A stretch of 64,000 nt of DNA from Eubacteriales bacterium. Its GTDB lineage: Bacteria > Bacillota > Clostridia > Oscillospirales > CAG-272. Of this stretch, positions 28,223 through 36,212 are shown one piece after another; the stretch's first letter is position 1, and each line of letters starts with the position of its first letter. Both the position numbers and the translations under genes were made by a program. The notes under the pieces are model-generated. The model saw nothing but the letters and a program-made list of their open reading frames with translations, was not told where the DNA came from and made no database searches. The DNA is taken from the NCBI GenBank assembly GCA_045661245.1, contig JAZRFH010000015.1, forward strand, positions 1,833 to 65,832, in the 5' to 3' direction.

Positions 28223-28294
28223 TTCTGTTTTACTAAAAGCGCGGCCTTGCTTTTAGTGCCAAGGCCGCAAAACCTAAACTTAAGGAGCAAAGCT

Positions 28295-29629
28295 ATGAAA
28301 AAATTAAGCGTTAAGCTTATAGCGGCTCTTCTCATACTCGTTTGTGCGCTCGGATGTGTAGTTGCTTGCGATAATACACCCGAAGAGCCTGTTCACGTAG
28401 ATTACGTTTCACAGGTTAAGCTCGATATGAATTCTCCTACCTTGAAGCAAGAGGTTACCTTGAAGATGCATATCGACGGTGACACTACGCATTTCTACGC
28501 ACCTACCTCTGTTGCTGACGAGGGAGTTATGAAGGCAAGATACCTCGACGTTAATACACCCGAGTCTACGGGAAGTATTGAGGAGTGGGGTAAAGCCGCA
28601 TCTAATTTTACTAAAGAAAAAATAACCGACGCTGTTTCTATTATAGTTGAGTCTAATACCGATAAATGGGAGTTTGACGGTAACGGCCGCCATCTTGTTT
28701 GGGTATGGTAACAGCCTGAAGAGGGTGCAGAGTACCGTAACCTCAATATTGAGATTATTCAGAACGGTCTTGCATTAAACTCGGGCGCAGGTGACTCGCT
28801 TTACGGCTCTTATGCCGTTGCCGCAGTTGCTCAGGCAAAGCGTGAGAAGCTCTACGTTTTCTCAGAGGAGAAGGACCCCACCTATCCTTACGGCGAGGCC
28901 CGCGCGGTTACTCTTAAGGAGCTGCGTACAAACATCGCAGACTACGAGGGTCAGAAGGTAGCCTTTGAGGGTATCGTGGCATATAACAGTGACTGGACCG
29001 CTTACGTTGAGAGCTATGACCCGGAAACCGATATGCACTACGGCATTCAGGTGTTCTACGGCTATAAATCTCAGCTTATCTCAGTGCTTGCACAGGGTAA
29101 TGCGGTACGTATAGTAGGCTCGGTTACACAGTTCTCTGGCACTTATCAGGTATCGGGTCTTACATATCAGGCTATGCGTCCCAATGACCCCGATAACACC
29201 TCAAAGCTCTCGACAGGTAATGAGGTTGCGTTTACCGAGGTAACACCCGAGGTATTCACAGGTGACAAGACGGTTATTATGTCTGACGACTCGACAAAGA
29301 CCTTCCGTTATGAGGAGCTCGCGGTTTCAACGTCCATTTCTATGAAGAATCTCGTTGTTGTTGATATGTATACAACCGCCACAGGCTCGAATAAGGGCGC
29401 AATAACCATCACCTGCCGTGTTGGTAATATAGAGGTTGACGTAAGAACTGCTACTCCGCTTAAGGACGCAAACGGTGATGTTGTTACCGAGGCTTACTTT
29501 GCAGGTAAGACCATTGACGTGCGCGGCGTTGTAGATTACTTTGACCTTAACAATACCGGCAACGGTACTTATCAGGTAAAGGTATACTCGCTTGACGATA
29601 TCTTTATCCACGGCTCGGCTGCCGAATAA
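28295..29629 (+). pseudogene. SNase-type thermonuclease lipoprotein with two C-terminal OB-fold-like domains, interrupted by one in-frame TAA (28709-28711)
   Basis: AAGGAG RBS and lipobox ALGC. SNase pattern HIDGDT .. ARYLDVNTPES .. GNGRHLVWVW*QPEEGAEYRNLNIEIIQNGLA .. AQAKREKLYVFSE aligns with S. aureus nuclease (DGDT / VDTPE / GRGLAYIY..N.ALV.QGLA / A.AKKEKLNIWSE). 28295-28708 and 28712-29629 are in the same frame with no other stop. Confidence 0.8.
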
Positions 29630-29673
29630 TTACTAAGTTCCCCAAAAAATTAAATATATAAGGAGAAACACAA

Positions 29674-32058
29674 ATGAAAAAGCTTTTATGTCTTCTTCTC
29701 ACCGTAGTGCTCTGCTTGGGTATACTTGCAGGCTGCGGCGGAGAAAAATATGACCTTGAAAGCGCAAAGACTGCTCTTGACGAAGCGTATAAGAATCTCT
29801 ACGTTAACGCTTCTAACGACTACGACCTTCCCGGTAAGATAGTAGTTAAAGAGGTTACTTACGCTATTATTTGGACTACAGACAGCTCTTCTGTAACCAT
29901 CAAGGCAAGCACCAGGGAGGGTTACTTTACAGTAGACGTTCCCGAGGCTAACGCAACAGAGGCAACCTATAAGCTTATTGCTACTATCACCGACCCCAAT
30001 GGTGACTCTGTAACTCTTGAGCTTAACAGAACCCTTCCCGTTTACGACAACACAGGCGTTGTTGACCCCAGTGCGCTTAAAGAGAATACTGCATACAAGA
30101 TGTATCTTGAGCAGAAAACTTTTAACCAGACTCTTTTTGCAATTGCTGAGACTGAGAGCGATAACAAGTTTATCAAGACCGTTCTTGATCCCAAGGCTGC
30201 ACCTGATTTCTACGTAGAAATCGTTGAGGGCGGCTACAAGTTCTATACTATGGTTGGTGAGGCTAAGAACTACGTTTATGCTAAGACCGTTGTCGGAACA
30301 GACAATCACGTAAGCAAGTACGTTGGCTACTCTACCACTGAGTCTACCGTTTGGGCTTATGACCCCATCGGTGTATTCTACACTGTAATAGATGCTGAGA
30401 AGTATGGATTTGGAACTTACGGCACCTATAAAACTATGAGCATTTCCGAATACAAGCATTTCACTGCTGATTCGGTTAACGACAGTCAGTTCGTAGTTAA
30501 GTTTATGGAGAAGAGTGTTGCAGAGGCGCTTACTCCTTCACCCGAGCCCACACCCACTCCCAATCCTAATCCCTCTACTGCTCCTACAACAGGTGTAGGA
30601 TATTACGTATCTGCTGCAAACGCTAACGGAACTATTTACTTCAAGGGTACTGTTACGGGCGGTAGATTTGACGCTACTCTTACAAAGAGCGAGGCGGTTC
30701 AGGTTTATCTTGAAAATGCTGCAAACAGCGGTGAATACTATCTCTACTTCAACGTAGGCACAACCAAGACTTACATTGTAATGGGTGACTCCACAACAGA
30801 TGGTAACACTACTACTACTGTTGCCGATGCAACTATATTTGAGTGGAACGCAACTGCTAAAACCATGGTAGTTGCTGATGATACTAACAACCGTGCATTC
30901 GGTGCCGGTGCAACAAGTACTTACAACAACTTCTCTGCATACGATGTAGGCGGAGCTTATAACTGGGCAGCATTTACTGCTGATGGCACAACTCCTACAC
31001 CCACTCCCACTCCCGACCCCGATCCCAATCCTACTCCCGAGCCTACTCCCACACCTACACCCAGCGGCGCACCTGCAGCAGGCATCTATACTGTTTCCGT
31101 TAAAAAGGGTGGCACTACAGTAGTTACTCTTGATGGAAGCAACCACAACGATTATGCATACCGTTGGGCGTTTGGTGATGCAGCAAAGGTTACCTTTGAA
31201 CTCGTTACAGTTAATGGCGGTTATAACATTAAGATAACCACTAACGCTACAGGTGTAACCAAGTACTGGAACATTGTTAAGGTTACAAGCGGCGAAAACA
31301 CCTACTTCAACCTTCTTGCTCAGGATACTGCTACCTCTGTTTGGAAGTGGAATGCAACCGGCAATTACCTCTACGTTACTGTTGACGGTGCTGATTATAC
31401 TGTTATGCAGACAGGCACTTACGAAAACGTTGAGGCAAAAGCTGTTACTACTAACGGCAACATATTCTATCTCACCCCCGCTACTGCTCATACTCACGCT
31501 TACACTATACCTGCTACTTGCACGGTTGCTCAGTCGTGTGTATGCGGTGCTACCACAGGATCTCCCATTGATCACGTTTATGTAAACGGTACTTGCTCTT
31601 GCGGTAAGACTCAGGGCACTACTACCGTTTCCAAGAGCTGGGAAGATATTAAGGACATAGCAGGTGTTACTCCCAGTGCAGGACAGAGCAATACCGGAGT
31701 TATTGATGGTGTTGACATCGCTCTTGATAGCAACATCACAATAGTTTGTGATAAAGCAGGTGCCGGCACAGCTCCCGCTATTTACTCCGGTGGTATCAGA
31801 CTTTACCAGAATGGCGCTACTCTTACGATAACAGCAGGCAACGGTGCTACTATAAATCAGGTTGTTATTACTGTTCAGAATAATAACAGCGGTAAGGGTC
31901 CCATTACAGTAACCGGTGGTACTGCATCTGAGCTTACTAGTGATAAGTACACTATTACTGCTAATGCAGGCGCTACTGAAATCGTTATTACAACCGCAGG
32001 AACTACTTCCTCCACCAGACTTTACGTTGCAAACATTGAAGTTACCTACGCTGAATAA
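29674..32058 (+). CDS. Large secreted lipoprotein with three divergent ligand-binding-like modules, P/T linkers, Cys cluster and beta-rich C-terminal domain
   Basis: AAGGAG RBS and lipobox LAGC. P/T-rich linkers are encoded at 30532-30591 and 30988-31080, and a Cys-rich segment at 31486-31617. No enzymatic motif recognised. Confidence 0.8.
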   Translation: MKKLLCLLLTVVLCLGILAGCGGEKYDLESAKTALDEAYKNLYVNASNDYDLPGKIVVKEVTYAIIWTTDSSSVTIKASTREGYFTVDVPEANATEATYKLIATITDPNGDSVTLELNRTLPVYDNTGVVDPSALKENTAYKMYLEQKTFNQTLFAIAETESDNKFIKTVLDPKAAPDFYVEIVEGGYKFYTMVGEAKNYVYAKTVVGTDNHVSKYVGYSTTESTVWAYDPIGVFYTVIDAEKYGFGTYGTYKTMSISEYKHFTADSVNDSQFVVKFMEKSVAEALTPSPEPTPTPNPNPSTAPTTGVGYYVSAANANGTIYFKGTVTGGRFDATLTKSEAVQVYLENAANSGEYYLYFNVGTTKTYIVMGDSTTDGNTTTTVADATIFEWNATAKTMVVADDTNNRAFGAGATSTYNNFSAYDVGGAYNWAAFTADGTTPTPTPTPDPDPNPTPEPTPTPTPSGAPAAGIYTVSVKKGGTTVVTLDGSNHNDYAYRWAFGDAAKVTFELVTVNGGYNIKITTNATGVTKYWNIVKVTSGENTYFNLLAQDTATSVWKWNATGNYLYVTVDGADYTVMQTGTYENVEAKAVTTNGNIFYLTPATAHTHAYTIPATCTVAQSCVCGATTGSPIDHVYVNGTCSCGKTQGTTTVSKSWEDIKDIAGVTPSAGQSNTGVIDGVDIALDSNITIVCDKAGAGTAPAIYSGGIRLYQNGATLTITAGNGATINQVVITVQNNNSGKGPITVTGGTASELTSDKYTITANAGATEIVITTAGTTSSTRLYVANIEVTYAE

Positions 32059-32094
32059 TTTATTCGGATTTAGATAATTTCTAACCACGCACAA

Positions 32095-32120
32095 AAGCCC
32101 ACCGCGTTTGCGGTGGGCTT
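32095..32120. terminator. Intrinsic terminator hairpin (strong U-tract on the minus strand: rpe/NUDIX operon)
   Basis: AAGCCCACCGC-GTTT-GCGGTGGGCTT. The minus-strand reading is followed by TTTTGT. Confidence 0.8.
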
Positions 32121-32166
32121 AACTTTTATTTAGTAGGTATATTTGCTTTTTAAAGGTATATTTTTA

Positions 32167-32196
32167 GCCGACCGTGTTTTTGCGGTCGGCCTTTTG
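32167..32196 (+). terminator. Intrinsic terminator hairpin (plus strand, end of the lipoprotein locus)
   Basis: GCCGACCG (32167-32174) pairs with CGGTCGGC (32183-32190), followed by CTTTTGG. Confidence 0.7.
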
Positions 32197-32207
32197 GTCT
32201 TTAATTT

Positions 32208-32714
32208 TTATTTAACGTACCCAAGGGTGCGAAAGTATGCGTCAAGCCTTGCGCGTGAGCGGTCAATCATATCTGCGGAATTGATAAATGCTATAAACTC
32301 CTCTTCACTTACCCATTTATATCCCTCGGTTTCGCCGTATTGCAGAGTAACTGAGTCCTTAGGGCAGTCAACACTTGTAAAATAAGAGTGCACTATAATT
32401 CTATGCTCGTCGTCAATGCTTGTACCGATGTGGGTGAGGTCACCTGCGTCAAGCCCGGTTTCTTCCTTCATTTCACGCCTTGCACAGTCAAGCGGCCCTT
32501 CACCGTATTGCATAGCACCGCCTGCGCCTGCCTCGTACATTCCGCCATAGTCGCGCTTTAAGACCGAGCGCTTCATAAGCAGATAGTCGCCGTCCTTGTG
32601 GCGTATAAGTATTTCACAAGCTACGTGGTAAAGCCCTTTTGGAATAGGCTTGCCGCGGTAAAGCACAGTATCTGTTAATCCACCCTCGCGTGTGTAGGCA
32701 TTCCACTTTTCCAT
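32208..32714 (-). CDS. NUDIX hydrolase
   Basis: Nudix box GGAMQYGEGPLDCARREMKEETGL (GX5EX7REUXEEXGU). The start overlaps the rpe stop by 1 nt (TAATG). Confidence 0.88.
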   Translation of the reverse strand: MEKWNAYTREGGLTDTVLYRGKPIPKGLYHVACEILIRHKDGDYLLMKRSVLKRDYGGMYEAGAGGAMQYGEGPLDCARREMKEETGLDAGDLTHIGTSIDDEHRIIVHSYFTSVDCPKDSVTLQYGETEGYKWVSEEEFIAFINSADMIDRSRARLDAYFRTLGYVK

Positions 32715-33364
32715 TATTTCTCAATAGCCGCACGGAATGCAGCCTTATCCTCAGCCTTATAGAATGCAGAGCCTGCAACAAGCACGTCAGCACCGTTTGC
32801 CTTGCAAATCTCACCTGTTACAAGGTCAACACCGCCGTCTACCTCAAGATGGCACTCGGGATTTACTCTGTCAAGCTCGTCGCGTATTTCGCGCAGCTTA
32901 GGCATCATATCCTGCATAAACTTCTGACCGCCAAAGCCGGGCTCAACCGTCATAACAAGCACAAGGGCGCACTTTTTAAGATAAGGCTTAATAGCGTCAA
33001 GGCCCGTCTTAGGCTTTACAACAATGCCGGGCTTTACGCCGAGTGATGCTATTTTGTCAAGCGTTTTGTCAATGTTTTCGGGTGTGTCAGCCTCAATATG
33101 TACGGTAAGGTAGTCTGCACCTGCCTTACAAAACTCGTCTACGTAGCGGATAGGCTTATCAATCATAAGATGCACGTCAAGCACCATCTCGGTTGCCTTG
33201 CGCAGTGCGCCTACTACGGAGTAACCGAAAGACATATTGGGTACAAAGCTACCGTCCATAATATCAACGTGCAGCCACTTAACGCCTGCTGCCTCGGTTG
33301 CCTCAAGGTCCCTTTTTATATTGAGCACGTCTGCGCCGAGCACAGAGGGGGATAAAATTGCCAT
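32714..33364 (-). CDS. rpe: Ribulose-phosphate 3-epimerase
   Basis: MAILSPSVLGAD.., HVDIMDG, DVHLM, MTVEPGFGGQKF, VDGG motifs. Start set at 33364 (GGAGG 6 nt upstream) rather than the track start at 33406. Confidence 0.92.
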   Translation of the reverse strand: MAILSPSVLGADVLNIKRDLEATEAAGVKWLHVDIMDGSFVPNMSFGYSVVGALRKATEMVLDVHLMIDKPIRYVDEFCKAGADYLTVHIEADTPENIDKTLDKIASLGVKPGIVVKPKTGLDAIKPYLKKCALVLVMTVEPGFGGQKFMQDMMPKLREIRDELDRVNPECHLEVDGGVDLVTGEICKANGADVLVAGSAFYKAEDKAAFRAAIEK

Positions 33365-33514
33365 AACAGCCTCCAATAGAGTATATTTACTCTTATATAA
33401 TAACACTTTTTAAAGCTTATTTCAATATTTTTTGCGATAAAATATATCTGTAAAGCATATATCTTTGTTGTATAATAATGTCGAAACTGCATATCTCATT
33501 TTAAAGGGGATTAT

Positions 33515-34267
33515 ATGGAGCAAAAATTAAAGAGTGCTATGGATATAGGTGAACAGATGCTTATATCGGGCGCTGAAATACACAGAGTAGAGGACAGTAT
33601 AAACCGAATACTCAAGGCTCTGGGCGCTGCGCGTGTTGACGTATTTATTATTACATCAAGTATGATTGTCAGCGTCACAACGCCCGATGGCAGAGTAATA
33701 ACTCAAACGCGCCGTATCAACTCTCTCGGCACAGATTTTGATAAGCTGCATAAGCTTAACGCCCTATCGCGGGGTATATGTGAGGGTAAGATTGCACCCG
33801 AGGAGATTGACGCTGAGCTTGAAAAAATAAAGCCGTCAAAGGTGTACCCATTGTGGGTTGAATTTATATGCTATGCACTTATTGCGGGCGCGTTTACATT
33901 GTTCTTCGGCGGTGATTGGATGCAGGCGGTGGCATCGCTTATTATAGGCTTAATTACGAGGGTTGTGCTATTGGTGTCTGATAACACTGTAAAGAACAAG
34001 GTTTTTTCAAAGTTTGCCGCATCGTTTATCGCAACCGCGCTTGCATATTTAGCAGTGCATATAGGTATGGTGGACGGTTACGACGAGATTATAATAGGTA
34101 ACATTATGGTGCTGATACCGGGTATCGGTCTTACAAACTCCCTGCGTGACCTCTTTACAGGTGACAGTATTACGGGCATTCTGCGTTGCCTTGAGGCCTT
34201 GCTTATTGCCTTGGCTATTGCCGCGGGCTTCTTTGTATTCGTGGCACTGTCGGGAGGTGCGGCATGA
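33515..34267 (+). CDS. Threonine/serine exporter family protein (ThrE N-type, DUF1212)
   Basis: 250 aa. GAEIHRVEDSINRI motif followed by a TM bundle. Confidence 0.8.
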   Translation: MEQKLKSAMDIGEQMLISGAEIHRVEDSINRILKALGAARVDVFIITSSMIVSVTTPDGRVITQTRRINSLGTDFDKLHKLNALSRGICEGKIAPEEIDAELEKIKPSKVYPLWVEFICYALIAGAFTLFFGGDWMQAVASLIIGLITRVVLLVSDNTVKNKVFSKFAASFIATALAYLAVHIGMVDGYDEIIIGNIMVLIPGIGLTNSLRDLFTGDSITGILRCLEALLIALAIAAGFFVFVALSGGAA

Positions 34268-34731
34268 CGGATTTTGAGCTTATTCAGATAATAACCGGTA
34301 CGGTAGGCACGCTTTGCTTTTCTATTTTGTTCAACGTGCGCGGCCGCAGGCTTTTGTTTGCAACGCTTGGTGGCTTAATATCCTGGAGTATTTATCTTTT
34401 ATTCAATCACTTGACGCATAGTGAGGTTTTAAGCTACTTTATAAGTGCGGCGCTTATAACCGTTTACTGCGAGGTAATGGCGCGAGTTATAAAGACACCT
34501 ACCTCTACGTTTATATTGCCGTCCTTGATACCCCTGATACCCGGAGCATCGCTTTACAGAACGATGTGTACGGCGTTTATGGGTGACCTCGGCGGTGTTG
34601 CCGATATGGCAGTATATACGCTTAAGCTTGCGGCGGCGCTTGCCCTTGGAATTATTGTTTCCTCAGCGGCGGCAAAAATTATTTTTCCGCTTTATTATAA
34701 GCTGAAGGTTAAAATTTCTAAAGCAAAATAA
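34264..34731 (+). CDS. Threonine/serine exporter family protein (DUF3815 partner)
   Basis: 155 aa, 4-5 TM, ATGA overlap with the upstream partner. This is the usual two-gene ThrE arrangement. Confidence 0.75.
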   Translation: MTDFELIQIITGTVGTLCFSILFNVRGRRLLFATLGGLISWSIYLLFNHLTHSEVLSYFISAALITVYCEVMARVIKTPTSTFILPSLIPLIPGASLYRTMCTAFMGDLGGVADMAVYTLKLAAALALGIIVSSAAAKIIFPLYYKLKVKISKAK

Positions 34732-34736
34732 AAATC

Positions 34737-34776
34737 GGTGAAGCCGAGGGATTACCAAGGCTTCACCTTTTATTTT
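34737..34776. terminator. Bidirectional intrinsic terminator
   Basis: GGTGAAGCC (34737-34745) pairs with GGCTTCACC (34759-34767). TTTTATTTT follows on the plus strand and an A-run upstream serves the minus strand. Confidence 0.8.
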
Positions 34777-34928
34777 CAGTTTTCCTCGCCATTACGGTTA
34801 AGCTTTGCCGTAAAGTGGCTTATAAGATACGTGGCACCCATAATGATACCAACTATCATAAACACGCCGATCATGCCGACGCCCATATACACGAGGTTGT
34901 TTATAAATTCAATAGGCTCAAACTGCAT
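34776..34928 (-). CDS. Small membrane protein, OadG-like (50 aa; not in the ORF track)
   Basis: Translated by hand: MQFEPIEFINNLVYMGVGMIGVFMIVGIIMGATYLISHFTAKLNRNGEEN. GAGGAGG RBS lies immediately after the oadB stop. A single TM with a GxGMxxVF-like pattern as in decarboxylase gamma subunits. Confidence 0.55.
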   Translation of the reverse strand: MQFEPIEFINNLVYMGVGMIGVFMIVGIIMGATYLISHFTAKLNRNGEEN

Positions 34929-34939
34929 ATTCTGCCTCC

Positions 34940-36052
34940 TCAGCTAAAGAAATTGAGTATCAGCGCGCCTGCGATAACCGAGGCTATCTGGCCCGATACG
35001 TTTACACCTATAGACTGCATAAGTATAAAGTTGTTGGGGTCTTCCTTAAGTGCCATCTTATGTACTATTCTGCCCGACATCGGGAATGCGGAAATACCCG
35101 CCGCGCCAATCATGGGGTTAACCTTGTTCTTTGCAAAGAGATTGTAAATCTTAGCAAATATAACGCCGCCTGCGGTGTCAAATATAAACGCGATAAGGCC
35201 AAGACCCATAATCAAGAGGGTTTCACCGCTTAAGAACTGGTCTGCAGTCATATTAAACGCGATGGTAATGCCGAGGAATATTGTAATAAGGTTTGCAAGC
35301 ACCTTTTGCGCAGTTTCTGAAAGAGAGTCAAGCACTCCGCACTCGCGTATAAGGTTACCGAACATAAGAAAACCGATAAGCGAGCCTGCACCGGGCGCAA
35401 ATAAACATGCAATTATTGTTATGATAATCGGGAAAAGTATCTTGGTTGTTTTTGATACGCTTGACTGCTTATATTCCATGCGTATCATTCTTTCCTTTTT
35501 GGTAGTAAGCAGCTTTATTACAGGTGGCTGAATAATGGGCACAAGCGCCATATAAGAGTACGCTGCAACCGTTATCGCACCTACGTAGGTTGAGCCAAGC
35601 TTGTTTGCTACTACTATAGAGGTAGGGCCGTCTGCCGCACCGATAATTGCAATAGATGCATAGTCTTTAGCCTCGGGGAAGAATACGCTTGCCATACAAA
35701 GGGTAAAGAATATACCAAACTGTGCCGCCGCACCGAATATCATAAGCTTTGGGTTGTTAAGCAGTGGGCCGAAATCTATCATAGCACCGATGCCTATAAA
35801 GAGTATGAGAGGGAAGAGCTCGTTTGCAATACCTGCGTTATACAGGGTTTCGAGCGGCTCTGCCGCACCTGAATTCGGGAAGTTCATTATAATGCAACCA
35901 AAGCCTATGGGCAAAAGCAACGTTGGCTCCATTTGCTTTTTGATTGCCAGATAAATAAGCACGCCGCCTATTATCCACATCAGTATCATTTTCCAGTTGC
36001 CGCCCTCGCCAAAAAGACGCAGGGTATCAAAAAGACTTGACAGCTTATCCAT
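34940..36052 (-). CDS. Sodium ion-translocating decarboxylase, beta subunit (OadB/GcdB/MmdB family)
   Basis: 370 aa polytopic protein with family-typical segments LLLPIGFG, GAADGPT, IGAAGISAFPMSGR. GGAG RBS. Confidence 0.85.
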   Translation of the reverse strand: MDKLSSLFDTLRLFGEGGNWKMILMWIIGGVLIYLAIKKQMEPTLLLPIGFGCIIMNFPNSGAAEPLETLYNAGIANELFPLILFIGIGAMIDFGPLLNNPKLMIFGAAAQFGIFFTLCMASVFFPEAKDYASIAIIGAADGPTSIVVANKLGSTYVGAITVAAYSYMALVPIIQPPVIKLLTTKKERMIRMEYKQSSVSKTTKILFPIIITIIACLFAPGAGSLIGFLMFGNLIRECGVLDSLSETAQKVLANLITIFLGITIAFNMTADQFLSGETLLIMGLGLIAFIFDTAGGVIFAKIYNLFAKNKVNPMIGAAGISAFPMSGRIVHKMALKEDPNNFILMQSIGVNVSGQIASVIAGALILNFFS

Positions 36053-36212
36053 TTAAAACTCCTACAAAGGTAAATTTCCTAATAAGTATACACTATTATG
36101 TCCTGTTTTGCAATACTGTTGTTGAAGGTTTTATAAATTTAACAACTAAACACTGAATAAAGTATAAAAATTGTTCTATCCTTATCAAGAGGGATTTTTT
36201 AAGGGGGGCAAT

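Noticed and set aside
28241-28268. GC-rich 9-bp hairpin (GCGGCCTTG / CAAGGCCGC) between the SBP and nuclease genes, considered as a terminator splitting the locus
   Set aside because: On the plus strand it is followed by AAAACC rather than a U-tract, so it is not called an intrinsic terminator. It may be an mRNA processing or stability element, which remains compatible with co-transcription.
30532-31080. Pro/Thr-codon repeats (CCnACn runs) considered as a DNA tandem repeat or phase-variable tract
   Set aside because: They are imperfect, in-frame, and encode typical interdomain P/T linkers. There is no exact unit repetition that would promote slippage.
29686-32094. Very long antisense ORFs (257 aa at 29686-30459 and 518 aa at 30538-32094, minus strand) opposite the 794-aa lipoprotein gene
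   Set aside because: The products are Cys/Ser/Asn-rich low-complexity sequences with no RBS. The 518-aa ORF runs through the downstream terminator region. The sense strand has a lipoprotein signal, an RBS and coherent domain structure. These are shadow ORFs caused by the stop-poor antisense of a Thr/Gly/Ala/Val-rich gene.
36171-36212. Upstream alternative starts offered by the ORF track (cls TTG 36171; also rpe 33406, GH78 39106, GNAT 41246, HAD 44578, PAP2 11304, ileS 8453)
   Set aside because: In each case a downstream ATG has a properly spaced Shine-Dalgarno sequence and gives an N-terminus typical of the family. The longer forms lack an RBS or overlap the preceding gene extensively.
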